From Nitrosopumilus sp. (GTDB taxonomy: Archaea; Thermoproteota; Nitrososphaeria; Nitrososphaerales; Nitrosopumilaceae): DNA of 64,000 bases. Location of the stretch: assembly GCA_965238275.1 (NCBI GenBank), contig OZ250186.1, positions 576,001 to 640,000 on the forward strand, given 5' to 3'. Position 1 is the first letter of the stretch. Each line of letters begins with the position of its first letter. This document shows positions 29,708 through 40,534 of the stretch, piece by piece. A program made the position numbers and the translations under genes. A model generated the notes under the pieces. That model made no database searches, was not told where the DNA came from, and was given only the letters and a program-made list of their open reading frames with translations.

Positions 29708-30265
29708 CTAATCTTCCCAGCGGACCTTGGCTGCAACATTCTTTACAATCAAGGCCTGGGCGTTCTCGTATGGGATCGTTGCAATGTCTTCTGCCTCAAA
29801 CGGACCGTACATCTCAAGGTCCGCCCCGACGATCTTGTCGACCTTTTGCAGGAACCGGACTACAACCGTCCTTGTCTTGTGGTTCGTGGTAATGGATTCA
29901 AGAAGCTTGGATCTTCCGTTGATGGTAGTCGAGAGGATCATCTCCATCCTCTCCTTTTGCTCCTCCCCGGAGTCCAGAATGAACTTTTCCTCGTCCAGAA
30001 GACGGTTTGTCACGACGTCTGCGGATCTTGATATCTTGTCAAGCCTGGTTCGTATCAGCAGGGTGATCAGCTCCGTTGCAGTCTGTATCATGGTGTCCTT
30101 AATCTGACCCTCCACACCGTCGTACTCCTGCCTATTCAGATCCCCCATAAAGTCAGACAGGCTCCGATAAAAGTCTGGGGCAGCCTCCAGCAGGGAGTCG
30201 TCTTCTGTCTCTCGCTGAACCATGTGGTGGAGGGAGTTGATATCTAACTTATTTGGTTCTGACAT
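29708..30265 (-). CDS. GINS complex subunit
   Basis: DFY..RLDKI..LLDEEK helical domain plus C-terminal VGADLEMYGPFEAEDIATIP beta domain. Confidence 0.85.
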   Translation of the reverse strand: MSEPNKLDINSLHHMVQRETEDDSLLEAAPDFYRSLSDFMGDLNRQEYDGVEGQIKDTMIQTATELITLLIRTRLDKISRSADVVTNRLLDEEKFILDSGEEQKERMEMILSTTINGRSKLLESITTNHKTRTVVVRFLQKVDKIVGADLEMYGPFEAEDIATIPYENAQALIVKNVAAKVRWED

Positions 30266-30306
30266 TTCCTACCTAATCCTTAAATGACAGTCTTATTTGT
30301 GTTTGA

Positions 30307-31776
30307 TTGAAGCAGTTGCCCTATAAAGTAAGTCACGGAAAAGCAGTCCGGGTTGCGTACTCGTCTGATGAGATTTTTGCCAAAATCGCACACGAAGAAA
30401 TAAAATTCATTGATCTCCAGTTTACCGGGCTGACCGGCCACTTTCACCACACCACAATCTCAGCCGATACATTTACCCCGGATCAGATGAAGGACGGACT
30501 CCCAAAGCTGGACGGATCCTCCATTGTGGGATTTACAAGCATAGACGATTCTGACCTTCTTCTAAAACCGGATCCCAACACGTTTGCAATAATTCCATGG
30601 ATGACGGAGCACAAGACGGCAAGGATGCTCTGCGATGTCTACTGGGGAGTGAACAGGGGAAGACTGTCAAGGGATCCCAGGGGGATTGCCCAAAGGGCCG
30701 AGGAATACATCAAGTCGCATGGGTTCGAGTACAGTACGTGGGGGCCGGAGGTGGAGTTCTTTGTGTTTGACAAGGTGCGCTGGGATGTCCTGACGCCGTA
30801 CAAGGGACAGTCCTATTCCATTGAATCAAAGGAGGCGCCATGGAACCAGGAGGGGGATGGTTACCCCATGGGGCTCCAGGAGGGGTATTATCCAAGTACG
30901 CCGTCTGACACCCTTACGCCATACAGGAACGAGTGTGTGGATATTCTCCAGAAAAACTTTGGGATTCTGTGCGATAACCATCACCACGAAGTGGCCACGG
31001 CCGGGCAGTGTGAGATTGACATCAGGTACGATCTTCTGACAAACTCGGCAGATGCTGCACAGTCATACAAGTATGTCATTAGAAACGTGGCCACAAAACA
31101 TCACAAGGTTGCAACCATGATGCCAAAGCCGCTTGCAATGGACTCCGGTTCTGGTATGCATGTAAACGTCAGCCTCTGGAACGGAAAGAAGAATATGTTT
31201 TTTGATCCTGATGATGAGATCGAACTCAGTCAGACTGGAAGATACTTTTGCGGAGGGATAATCAGCCATGCCAAGGCTCTCTCGGCAATATGCAACCCTA
31301 CGACCAACTCGTATCACAGACTGGTTCCAGGGTATGAGGCCCCTGCATATATTGCATGGAGTTCTGGAAACCGTTCTGCGATTGTGAGGGTTCCAAAACA
31401 CCTTACAGGAACAAAATATGCATACCTGAAGAGGTTGGAGTTTCGGGCACCGGATCCCTCATCCAATCCGTACTTGGTGTTTGCCGCAGTCACGGCGGCC
31501 GGAATGGACGGGTTGAAGAGGAAGATCGATCCGGGGGACATGATTCACGAGGACATCTTCAACATGACAAAGTCGGACAGAAACAGGAAGGGAATTGGAA
31601 TGCTTCCAAAGAATCTGGGAGAGGCACTTGACGAGCTGGAAAGCGACAAAAAGTTCCTCAATACGATATTTACCAACGATGTAATTGACAAGATAGTGGA
31701 ACTGGAGAGAAGGGATCAGCGGGAGATATCCATCAGGCCGCACCCTCACGAGTTCTACATGTATTTTGATGTCTAG
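30307..31776 (+). CDS. glnA: Glutamine synthetase type I
   Basis: DGSSI, GPEVEFF, HHEVA, GSGMH, RLVPGYEAP, NRSAIVRVP, RLEFRAPD. Confidence 0.97.
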   Translation: MKQLPYKVSHGKAVRVAYSSDEIFAKIAHEEIKFIDLQFTGLTGHFHHTTISADTFTPDQMKDGLPKLDGSSIVGFTSIDDSDLLLKPDPNTFAIIPWMTEHKTARMLCDVYWGVNRGRLSRDPRGIAQRAEEYIKSHGFEYSTWGPEVEFFVFDKVRWDVLTPYKGQSYSIESKEAPWNQEGDGYPMGLQEGYYPSTPSDTLTPYRNECVDILQKNFGILCDNHHHEVATAGQCEIDIRYDLLTNSADAAQSYKYVIRNVATKHHKVATMMPKPLAMDSGSGMHVNVSLWNGKKNMFFDPDDEIELSQTGRYFCGGIISHAKALSAICNPTTNSYHRLVPGYEAPAYIAWSSGNRSAIVRVPKHLTGTKYAYLKRLEFRAPDPSSNPYLVFAAVTAAGMDGLKRKIDPGDMIHEDIFNMTKSDRNRKGIGMLPKNLGEALDELESDKKFLNTIFTNDVIDKIVELERRDQREISIRPHPHEFYMYFDV

Positions 31777-32045
31777 ACCTGGCCTGCAACATTCATGATG
31801 AGGAACAGCGAGGTTCCCATCAGGACAAACCCGCATCCAAGAAGTATGGGTTTCTTATTCCAGGATAACGTGGCCCTGTAAAGCAGAAATCCGCCTCCAA
31901 GCCCTATAAACAGCACAAAGACCCCGTAGATGACGATGTTAAAACTTGTGTCGGTAATCAACGGATAAAAGAATCCGGCAAGCAACGTAAAGAATATGAT
32001 CAGATAGATGTACTTGAGACCCGCCAGAATGGATGATTTGTTCAT
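31773..32045 (-). CDS. Hypothetical membrane protein
   Basis: Three TM-like segments. Confidence 0.65.
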   Translation of the reverse strand: MNKSSILAGLKYIYLIIFFTLLAGFFYPLITDTSFNIVIYGVFVLFIGLGGGFLLYRATLSWNKKPILLGCGFVLMGTSLFLIMNVAGQV

Positions 32046-32087
32046 TGTTATGTTCTGTATGTAACTAAGGGTTAAAGGGTTTCAGAT

Positions 32088-33800
32088 CTACATCATGCCG
32101 CCCATGTCAGGCATTCCACCCATACCCGGTGGCATGCCGCCCATGCCGGGGGGCATTCCACCCATACCCGGTGGCATGCCGCCTTCGCCTCCAGGTGGCC
32201 CGCCTGCGGATTTTTGTGTTGCAATTACGTCGTCAATTCTAAGAATCATGCAGGCAGCCTCAGAGGAAGCCGAGACGACTTGGAGTTTTACTACGAGCGG
32301 TTCGATAATGTCGCTGCTCTTCATGTTGGATATCTTTCCCTTCATCACGTTGATTCCGGTCCACTTTTCACCCCTTTGCTGTTTTGAACGTAGAAGGGTT
32401 ATGGTGTTTATTGGATCCATTCCGGCATTCTCTGCCAGCGTCAGCGGAATTGATTCCAGGGCATCTGCAAATTTCTCGGCGGCCAGCTGCTCTCTTCCTT
32501 CCAGCGTCTTTGCCCAGCCCCTGAGTTTTGTTGCTGCAAACGTTTCAGGAGCGCCTCCGCCTGCAACAATAAATGGACTCTGTATTACATCCTTTACAAC
32601 CATGAGTGCGTCATGAATAGAGCGTTCAACCTCGTCTACCACTCTTTGCGAGCCTCCCCGGAGAAGTATGGTAACGGATTTTGGATGCTTGCATCCCTCC
32701 ACAAACACCCATCGGTCCTCTTCGATCTTTCTCTCTTCTACCAGTTCTGCGGCTCCAAGATCCTTCTCAAAGAGGTCGTCCAGATTTGTAACTACTCTGG
32801 CACCTGTTGCCTTTGCAAGTTTGGTAAGATCACTTTCCTTGATTCGCCTGACGGCAATCACGCCGGCCTTGGCAAGATAGTGCTGTGCCATGTCATCAAT
32901 CCCCTTTTGGCACAAAACCGCGTTTGCGCCGGAACCGATAACCTTGTCAATCATGTTCTTTAGCATACGGTTCTCCTCGTCAAGGAACGATTTGAGCTGC
33001 TGGGGGTTTGAGATGTTGATCTTTGCATCAGTCTCGGTCTTGTTGATCTCCAATGCAGTATTGATTAGTGCAATCTTGGCCCCAGATATCTTCTTTGGCA
33101 TGCCACCGTGGACGATCTCCTTGTCAAGCACGATTCCCTGTACAACTACAGAGTCCTTGATCGAGCCGCCGGCCTTCTTCTCCACCTTTATGTCATCAAT
33201 ATCGATGTTGTAGGCGTCGCCATCCTTCTCAATCACGGACAGAATGGAGTCTACTACCATGTCGGCAAGCTGGGCTGAATCCTTTCTGACAAGCTTAGTC
33301 TGCATTGAGGTCTTTGCTATCTTTGTCAGGATGGTCTTGTCGCTTACGGAGACTGCAGTTGCAATGCTTTCGAGAAATTCCTTGGCCATCTTTCCGGCCT
33401 TTCGATATCCGTCAACTATGATTGTGGGGTGTACGTTCTGATCTATCAGTGATTCTGCGTTTTCAAGCAGGGCTCCTGCAAGAACCACAGCAGAGGTGGT
33501 ACCGTCGCCTACCTCGTTGTCAGTTGTCTTTGAAATTTCAACTAGCATCTTGGCCGCAGGGTGCTGGACATCAATCTCCTTGAGAATTGTAGCCCCGTCA
33601 TTTGTAATGGTAACATCTCCCAGAGAGTCCACCAGCATCTTGTCCATGCCACGCGGACCCAGACTCGTATGAATAATCTCTGCAATTATCTTGGATGCGG
33701 CAATGTTGTTCTTTTGTGCATCCCTGCCTTTTGTCTCAGAACTGCCCTCTTTTAACAGAACCACTGGCATGGTTCCCTTTGAAGTTGCCTGTATCGCCAT
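32088..33800 (-). CDS. ths: Thermosome (group II chaperonin) subunit
   Basis: [32 protein letters not shown]-rich tail. Confidence 0.97.
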   Translation of the reverse strand: MAIQATSKGTMPVVLLKEGSSETKGRDAQKNNIAASKIIAEIIHTSLGPRGMDKMLVDSLGDVTITNDGATILKEIDVQHPAAKMLVEISKTTDNEVGDGTTSAVVLAGALLENAESLIDQNVHPTIIVDGYRKAGKMAKEFLESIATAVSVSDKTILTKIAKTSMQTKLVRKDSAQLADMVVDSILSVIEKDGDAYNIDIDDIKVEKKAGGSIKDSVVVQGIVLDKEIVHGGMPKKISGAKIALINTALEINKTETDAKINISNPQQLKSFLDEENRMLKNMIDKVIGSGANAVLCQKGIDDMAQHYLAKAGVIAVRRIKESDLTKLAKATGARVVTNLDDLFEKDLGAAELVEERKIEEDRWVFVEGCKHPKSVTILLRGGSQRVVDEVERSIHDALMVVKDVIQSPFIVAGGGAPETFAATKLRGWAKTLEGREQLAAEKFADALESIPLTLAENAGMDPINTITLLRSKQQRGEKWTGINVMKGKISNMKSSDIIEPLVVKLQVVSASSEAACMILRIDDVIATQKSAGGPPGGEGGMPPGMGGMPPGMGGMPPGMGGMPDMGGMM

Positions 33801-33845
33801 ATCCAATCAGTCATAGGATCCCTTATTATATTTTAAGATCGGTTG

Positions 33846-34991
33846 GGGGTTGTCGCGTAAATCAGTCAAATCATGATCTACCTTGCCTTTGGGTTCCATC
33901 TGACGTAGACGGCATTCATCGTGGCTTTTTGGTGTCATGCATAGACTACCTTGACTCCCAGATCCGCAGTATGCTCCAGCCTGTTGAGAACCTCAAGATT
34001 CCAACCTATCGCCTTTAGCAACCCAAACCTTCTCTGGTTCACGCCTTTGCGGAACCTGCAGTACAGCTGGTGGTGTTCTGCCTCCTCGGCCCCGAATATT
34101 CCCTCGATCATCCCGCGCTGCTTGTAGAGGACAGCATCAAACAGCCCGGAGGCTTTTTTCCGATGCTTTTTGCCCCTGCTCCTTGCGTTCTTTCTCTGCT
34201 TGATGTTGGGAACCATGCCCAGCGCAAAGAGGGCCTCGCAGTTGCTGTCCGAATCGTATCCCTTGTCGGCGTCAAACACCCACCCGTCAAAGACCCTCTT
34301 TATTCCGGTAATGCGGTTCAGCATCGTCTTAAGCACGACCGTGTCAGTCGTGCGGTTGGAAGTGATTCTGCAGGACAGTATGATCTGCAGTCCCGGTATC
34401 ACCGTCACGTGCCACTTGAGGTACCTCTTTATCCTTTTTGGGACAAATTCGTGCCTGGTTTTGTCCGGCCTTTCGGCTGTTTCGTACCTGTCCGTCTCCA
34501 CTCCCGTGCTGTCTGCGGCCAGTATCCCTTCAGTCGCACCGGCCGCCTCCATGCATTGGCGCGCAGTCTTCGTCAGGATTCGTTCCAGCCACAGGATTGG
34601 AATTGTTTCGAGGAATCGTGCTATCGTCGAATGGTCCGGGACCGGCTCATGCCACGGAAGGTTCCATCCGGGCACGCAGTTTTGCGCATCCCTGGACGTG
34701 AGGCCCTCAAAGATCATGATGGCGCATACGCAAGTCATCTTCTCTACAGAGTGGATTCTGGGTCTTCCGTGTCTGCCCTTGCCTTGTTTTGCAGGCGGCG
34801 GGTTCTTCATTACCAAAGACACGATGGTTTTTATCCGAAAGTCGCGTTCTGTTGTGTGTGCCCTGTGATAACTATTCCAGTAGTTAGCCCTTCTCTTGTG
34901 TTTCATTGAAGGGGGCACACTTTATGATCTTTAGCAGGTATGAGTCAAATGTGCGCGATCACACGCTCAACGTGATTTACGCGACAACCCC
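33846..34991 (-). mobile_element. Complete IS5-family insertion sequence (IS903-like ends), 1146 bp
   Basis: Perfect 19-bp TIR GGGGTTGTCGCGTAAATCA (33846-33864 and 34973-34991); 9-bp duplication GATCGGTTG (33837-33845 and 34992-35000). Confidence 0.93.
33935..34918 (-). CDS. IS5-family DDE transposase
   Basis: PDHSTIARF, AADSTG, YLKWH, DADKGYDS, YKQRGMIE. Confidence 0.92.
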   Translation of the reverse strand: MPPSMKHKRRANYWNSYHRAHTTERDFRIKTIVSLVMKNPPPAKQGKGRHGRPRIHSVEKMTCVCAIMIFEGLTSRDAQNCVPGWNLPWHEPVPDHSTIARFLETIPILWLERILTKTARQCMEAAGATEGILAADSTGVETDRYETAERPDKTRHEFVPKRIKRYLKWHVTVIPGLQIILSCRITSNRTTDTVVLKTMLNRITGIKRVFDGWVFDADKGYDSDSNCEALFALGMVPNIKQRKNARSRGKKHRKKASGLFDAVLYKQRGMIEGIFGAEEAEHHQLYCRFRKGVNQRRFGLLKAIGWNLEVLNRLEHTADLGVKVVYA

Positions 34992-35593
34992 GATCGGTTG
35001 CGGTGAGTCGGATTCAGACACGATCCGTAAAACCAAGAGTGCCGATCGACAACGCAATCATGTCAAGATTCACATATATCGTGCATGCCTGACAATTCCA
35101 GAACAGGCCTGTGGAATCATGCATCCGTAGCGTCCAATGTCCGGTCTGGCGCATGCACTGATTCTGTATGTCAAGCGTACTATCTGACCAAACGCAGCAT
35201 CCTGTAATTTAAAAAATAACACGGTTAAAATATAAAAATTTTCAAAAAACTGCTGATAGTTTGATTGATTTGAAATGTAGATCGTCTTATAATGAAAAAT
35301 GCTTCAGCCGTTCAACGGGGGTAATATTTAGCGGGCCAGATCTTCAGAACGTGATGGAAGAGCAAACAAATTCCCAAGTAGAAAAATACGGTACGCCTGT
35401 CTCTATTCTGTCACTTCGGAATTTATTGAAGAAAGTGCAGGTTCTTGCATTTCTGGCAATGCCATTCCACTATAAAACATCGCAGGCATTGCCGTATATC
35501 AAAGAATGTATAGTTTAAAATGAAAAATTTGTTTGGCGGGTTGGTTGATCTTTGTCACGGGGGCGGATCCCAAACCATGACCTTGTAGTCACT

Positions 35594-36517
35594 CTACAGG
35601 TCGAGGGATTCCTTGAGGCCCTTGTACCTGTTTCTAATGGTAACCTCGGTGACGTTTGCCGCCTCGGCAATGTTGTGCTGTGTCTGGTTCTCGCCGTTCT
35701 TCACGCAGGACAGGTATAATGCAGCCGCTGCAAGCCCCATTGGATCCTTGCCTGCAGAGATCTCATTCTCTTGGGCCTGTCTTAGAACCGTGACTGCGTA
35801 TCTCTTTGTCTTTTCTGCGATGCCGATTCTGCTTGCAATTCTTGCAACGCATTGGATTGAGTCGGTTACAGGCATCCTCAGATCAAGCTCCTTGACAAGC
35901 AGCCTGTAGCATCTTGCAATGTCCTTCTTTTTGATGTTGGCAGCCTGTTCCACATCCTTGAGGTTTCTAGGGGTCTCCGTGTCACGGCACGAGGCATATA
36001 ATGAGGATGCCATCAGTGTTGATATGGAGCGGCCCCGGACAAGGCCCTTCTCAGGGGTCTTTCTGTAAATGTATGCTGCCTTTTCAATCACGGCATCAGA
36101 GATTGCAAGCTTGTCCTTGAGCCGGTTCAGCTCGCCAAATGCCTGTCTAAAGTTCCGATCAATGGGCTCCTGAACCTGGCTTCTGCTGTCCCACGTTCTC
36201 AGCCTCTCAATGTTATTTCTCATAGTAGCCGAAAGCGGCCTGCCTGAGGCATCCTTATTGATGGGGTTGATTATGGTTGCCAGTCCCATGTCATGCATTG
36301 TCAACGAGGTTGGCGCGCCGGTTCTTGCCCGGTCGCCGTGCTCGTCTGATGCAAACGATCGCCATTCCGGGCCTGACTCTTGCAGTTTTTCGGTGATCAC
36401 GAATTCGCATCGGGGACAGAACGTCTCCCCTGATTCGTTATCTGTGACCAGTTTTTCCCCTGCACATCTGGAACAAACCATCGCCGCCTTAATTGACATA
36501 ATTGTTTCTAGAATCAT
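35594..36517 (-). CDS. tfb: Transcription initiation factor IIB paralog
   Basis: Zinc ribbon CSRC..CPRC, GPEWRSF, HDMGLAT, GKDPMGLAAAALY, TEVTIRNRYK. Confidence 0.93.
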   Translation of the reverse strand: MILETIMSIKAAMVCSRCAGEKLVTDNESGETFCPRCEFVITEKLQESGPEWRSFASDEHGDRARTGAPTSLTMHDMGLATIINPINKDASGRPLSATMRNNIERLRTWDSRSQVQEPIDRNFRQAFGELNRLKDKLAISDAVIEKAAYIYRKTPEKGLVRGRSISTLMASSLYASCRDTETPRNLKDVEQAANIKKKDIARCYRLLVKELDLRMPVTDSIQCVARIASRIGIAEKTKRYAVTVLRQAQENEISAGKDPMGLAAAALYLSCVKNGENQTQHNIAEAANVTEVTIRNRYKGLKESLDL

Positions 36518-36644
36518 GAATTTTGTACTATTTATGAATCAACAGGGCTTTTGCAGAGAAGCAGCCTCATACCATACTGTATGCATTTGGAGTTCTGCAC
36601 CGGACAGGATAATAGTCATAACGGAGTAACGTGGGTTAAGAGGC

Positions 36645-37577
36645 ATGAATCTGTTCTGGATCATACCACTGCTGGCAGTATTCCTGATGCTAGTCTCAGA
36701 TGCACACGCCAATACCGAAACCATGAATGTAGAGGGCGGGGTGGAAGTCGAGATTACGTATCCCGGCGAGATTGTCGCGGGAAGGGAGGGAATAGTCTCC
36801 ATCCTGGTAAGGAACAACGGATGGGAGGACAAGCAGGACATCTCGTTTGTCTTTTCACTGCCTGATGTTCCGTCGATCACCGTGGAACCGTCAGAGGGAA
36901 TCACCATAGACAGACTCGCACAGGGCGGGTCGTACGGCAAAAACGTCAGCCTGCAGGTTGCAGAGGAGACAAGGCCCGGCGTCTACTTTCTGAATATGAG
37001 GTACACGCACATCCTTGTTGCAAACAACGAGACGCCGCAGGATCCATTCATTCAGGATATAGCAATCTCGATCACCATAAAGGAGGATGCAAGCGTGACG
37101 GTCATCACAAAGACGCCCGAGTCAATCTTTGCAAATGCACAGTTTCCGATCGAAGTGGAGATACTCTCAGAGGACATAGACATTACAGATGTCAGGATCA
37201 GAATGGTTCCCCCCGAAGGTATCGAGTTTCTGGGTGAGACGCTTTACACATTCTCAAGGATTGAAAGGAATACGCCCGTTGGAATAACTGCACAGATAAT
37301 TACGCCTGCCACCGTGGACACGGAGTACAGGATTCCGTTTGGAATTGTTGTAGAGTATACAGATGACACCGGGGCCGAAAAGGCCGACTCGCAGACAGTC
37401 TCCCTGGTTTTAAGGCCCAGAACGTTCATGGAGCTTACCGGGGACGGGGGAATCTGGATTGGTGATTTTTTTATTGCGCCGTATGTCAGTATTGGAACGA
37501 TCATAGGAATACCGGCAGGCACGATAATGACGCTGCTGATAAAAAGAAGGAAGGATGGCAAAAAGTACGGTTCCTAG
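36645..37577 (+). CDS. Surface protein with Ig-like domains and C-terminal TM anchor
   Basis: Signal peptide ending AHA; beta-rich repeats; C-terminal TM helix plus basic tail. Confidence 0.75.
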   Translation: MNLFWIIPLLAVFLMLVSDAHANTETMNVEGGVEVEITYPGEIVAGREGIVSILVRNNGWEDKQDISFVFSLPDVPSITVEPSEGITIDRLAQGGSYGKNVSLQVAEETRPGVYFLNMRYTHILVANNETPQDPFIQDIAISITIKEDASVTVITKTPESIFANAQFPIEVEILSEDIDITDVRIRMVPPEGIEFLGETLYTFSRIERNTPVGITAQIITPATVDTEYRIPFGIVVEYTDDTGAEKADSQTVSLVLRPRTFMELTGDGGIWIGDFFIAPYVSIGTIIGIPAGTIMTLLIKRRKDGKKYGS

Positions 37578-37873
37578 GATTTCAGCATGTCTGTGATCGC
37601 CTGAATGTACCTTTCGTTGTACCTGTTGTACATCTGGATTTTGTCTTGGGCCAGAGCCATTGCGCCCGGCCTGCTGTTGATGTGTGCTCCTGCCATCCTC
37701 TGCTCATCCAGAATTCGCTCAAGACGCTCCCTTGTGTGTGATTCAAGTTGTGCAAGCAGGCCTGCAAGCTCCCTCTCAAGAATATCCCGGGTGTCGGGAA
37801 TCTCCGGAGGCCATGCGCCAATGATCTCCTTGACGGTGATCCTTCCAAGCACTCTTCTGTCCAGCTCCAACAA
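37574..37873 (-). CDS. Hypothetical protein
   Basis: 99-aa helical ORF (HINSRPGAMALAQDKI). Confidence 0.6.
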   Translation of the reverse strand: MLELDRRVLGRITVKEIIGAWPPEIPDTRDILERELAGLLAQLESHTRERLERILDEQRMAGAHINSRPGAMALAQDKIQMYNRYNERYIQAITDMLKS

Positions 37874-37928
37874 CAGGCAGGATTACGCCCTGCCATTATA
37901 AACCGAGCCTGTACGTGCGGCCTCCGGG

Positions 37929-38159
37929 TCAGGCACGTTCGCCCAGAAAATGAACGGCGCCGTCTGTCACGACAACTGTCCTGTCCTTTGGCACCCTGTA
38001 CAGTTTTTTTGTGTCGTTGGGAAACTGGATAATAACCTTGGAGAACGGATCCTTTAGCGACTTGTACAGAACGCCCCTGTCGACTACTGACTGTGACCAG
38101 TGCGTGCCCTGTACGAATGATATCGACTGAAATCTCACAACATGATACGAGTAGACCAT
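37929..38159 (-). CDS. Hypothetical protein
   Basis: 76-aa beta-rich ORF. Confidence 0.6.
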   Translation of the reverse strand: MVYSYHVVRFQSISFVQGTHWSQSVVDRGVLYKSLKDPFSKVIIQFPNDTKKLYRVPKDRTVVVTDGAVHFLGERA

Positions 38160-38204
38160 TCCCGATTAGGTAGTAGCGACGTTACGGATAAAGGATCTTC
38201 CAAT

Positions 38205-38333
38205 CAGATAACCCAGGTGTGGCTCATTCTGATAAACTTTCAACGCAAACAAGACTGGAGTCTCTTGCTAAGCATCATATCACCTGGACCACCGCCCGAT
38301 CCTGTCGCGCCGTGATCACGTCTGGGTTATCTG
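38205..38333. mobile_element. MITE C (129 bp), 6-bp target duplication
   Basis: TIRs CAGATAACCCAG (38205-38216) and CTGGGTTATCTG (38322-38333); TCCAAT at 38199-38204 and 38334-38339. Confidence 0.85.
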
Positions 38334-38563
38334 TCCAATCAAGGCTGCATGTAGGAGGAGTTCTGCAGAATTACAACAAATCGTTGCACATATGGTTCCG
38401 AGACATTTTGGACTGCGCCGCTGGCAGAGACGTGCCATGGTACGTTCGGTCATGCTTGTGGTGTTCTGTGCGCCATTTCGTTTTGCCCGAACCGTCTGAT
38501 TGTGGGTTAAAGCGCAGAATATTCAGGATAGGATTTTATAGTTTAGCGTATCCTTGATATTAA

Positions 38564-38755
38564 ATGGTTCTCAAATTGAGATGCGAGGAGTACGGTTTTG
38601 AATGCCCGTTTGTCATAGATGGCGAGGAGACGTTGGAGACGATCGGTATGCTAAGGAAACATTTTGACGATGTTCACGGTATCGACTATACCATAGAGGC
38701 AGTAACGCAGATGATTTCAAACCGGGGATATTCACTGCAATCAATAAAAAAGTAA
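38564..38755 (+). CDS. DUF1059-like small metal-binding protein
   Basis: LRCEEYGFECPF..HFDDVHG. Confidence 0.75.
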   Translation: MVLKLRCEEYGFECPFVIDGEETLETIGMLRKHFDDVHGIDYTIEAVTQMISNRGYSLQSIKK

Positions 38756-38921
38756 GAGGCCGATGCGGCCAGAAGGGTTGTAACAGACATCCATCTGGTG
38801 CGGACTCATCCCCAACAGGATTGTTTTTTGAGTCATATTTCATAATCCCGTCTGACTGCACGCATGCCATCGTGATGGGCAGGTGTGTTGAAAAAGGGAC
38901 ACGGGTCAAGGCGGGTCTTTT

Positions 38922-40463
38922 TCATATGTATAGCGGCGAGCGAAAATTCGTGCAAACAGATCTCTCTGTAGCGTGTCCTGGTGCTCTTTCCGGCGCTCTG
39001 TCAGACCTTCCAATATTGTCGTCGTTGTCGGGTCCAAGCCGACCTGTCGAATTGTTCATTCCAGAACCATCCGATCCGTGATCCTCGCGCCTTGTGACGA
39101 CCTCGACACCTGCAATGGTGCCTCCACGATTCCCGTGGGCTTGGCCGCCAGTCTCCTCCGTATGGAGACAGTCATTATCCAAAATGTTTTTTGCCGCGTT
39201 CTTGTCGGCATGGTGGCACCATCCGCATGAGACGCAGACAAATGATTCGCCGTTTCTGGACTTTTTGTCCACTATCCCGCAGGCAGCGCATCTCTGGCTT
39301 GTATGTGCGGATTCCACGCGTTTTGTAATTCCGCCCCTCTTTTTCATCTGCCATTCAACTTGGCTCCGAAACTCGCCCATTCTGGAATAGGCCATCTCGC
39401 GGTTCAACCCCGTCTTTGGGGCGGCCCCGTTGGATCTCCTCATCCTGGTCAAATCCAGGTCTTCCAGAGACGTAATCCGTAATTAGTCGTTAGGCACAAA
39501 GTGGGAATAGATGCTAGGCACGAAATGACCCAAAACTGCCTATTACGGATTATGTCTCAGGAACAATACGGACAGTCCTTTTGTTATCCGCCTGGCAATG
39601 TCGGCCTCGTTGTGTTTTTGCCTGTTTGATATCTTTTTCAATTCATGCGTTATCCTGCGGCCGATCTCTTTCCACCTTCTGGAGCCTGGCTGGCATCTTG
39701 ATCTAAATGATTTCAGCTGATCAATCCTGTCGCCGTCATGCCTCTTGCAGCCTCCGGGGACACTGTGCAGTTTTTCATTCCCATGCTCGTCTGCGACTGC
39801 CGCAAGGTGCCTGACTCCAAGATCCAGCCCTGCCTTGCATCCGCGGCCACCGCCTGTCGTGGGTTCGGGGTCTGGGACTTCTATCTGCAAATGCAGTTTG
39901 AATTCGCGATCACCATCCCTGGTCTTGCGCGTGACCTTGCCTGTGGTGTCAATCATCTGGAATGACACGAGCCTGCCTTCTGGAACCCTCGTGCGTGGCC
40001 TTACCTCCCCGAGTCCGGGCAGAAATACGGTGCCGTCGTCCCGCAGTTTTGGCTTTCCGCGTGAATTCAGCGAGCGCAGCCTGGTTGTTTTCCTGCCGCG
40101 CCTCATCAGGCTGGACGGCTCGGTCCACCTGTTGTGCTTGTACGTTTTCTTTTTCCCCAGCTTGATCTGTCTCTTGCGCCAGATGCGCTTGTTGTGCTTG
40201 AGCCGGTTTGCCTTGCGGAATTTGACTGCCGCCTGGAAAGCATGTTTTGAGGCGGCCTCATGCATGCGGACGCTGCTGGCCAGGTTGAATTCCCTGCGCC
40301 ATCCTGTTATCAGGTTGTTGACATCAAACTGTGTGATCCGTGAGTGTGCAAGTTTCATCATGATTGTCATGTCGTAAATGATGTCTGTTTCCCGGGAGCA
40401 TTTCACGATCTTGCGTGACAGTTCCCGAGATTGTGTTATCTTGATGATTTTACTGACAATCAT
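38922..40463 (-). pseudogene. tnpB: TnpB-family nuclease gene interrupted by a MITE (482 aa when restored)
   Basis: ORFs 39543-40463 (GLDLG) and 38922-39452 (TSQRCAACG..CVSCG..HADKNAAKNI) share a frame; removing 93 bp restores VLFLEDL. Confidence 0.88.
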
Positions 40464-40534
40464 ACCTGTAGTTGGGATTTATTTTCTTAAAAAAGGTGCC
40501 CAAAAAATTGCACGAACTTTCGCTTTTCACTATA
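38929..40534 (-). mobile_element. Putative TIR-bounded non-autonomous element carrying tnpB
   Basis: TATAG-N5-AGCGAAAATTCGTGCAA (38929-38955) is inverted relative to TTGCACGAACTTTCGCT-N5-CTATA (40508-40534). Confidence 0.65.
39468..39557. mobile_element. MITE D (90 bp) inserted in tnpB
   Basis: 16-bp TIRs AGACGTAATCCGTAAT and ATTACGGATTATGTCT (1 mismatch); CAG duplicated at 39465-39467 and 39558-39560. Confidence 0.9.

Noticed and set aside
32095-32190. Repeats at the thermosome 3' end
   Set aside because: Ordinary GGM-rich chaperonin tail
34070-34909. Long plus-strand ORFs (279 and 232 aa) within the IS
   Set aside because: Antisense shadows of the transposase with no recognisable motifs
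35016-35030. AGACACGATCCGTAA, 13/15 similar to the MITE D end
   Set aside because: No partner inverted end or target duplication found nearby
35261-35518. 85-aa ORF in an AT-rich spacer
   Set aside because: No motifs and atypical composition; cannot be supported as a gene
39468-39557. In-frame hairpin insert in tnpB as a possible archaeal bulge-helix-bulge intron
   Set aside because: The junctions form a continuous stem with a single mismatch, not two 3-nt bulges around a 4-bp helix; TIRs plus a 3-bp duplication fit a MITE
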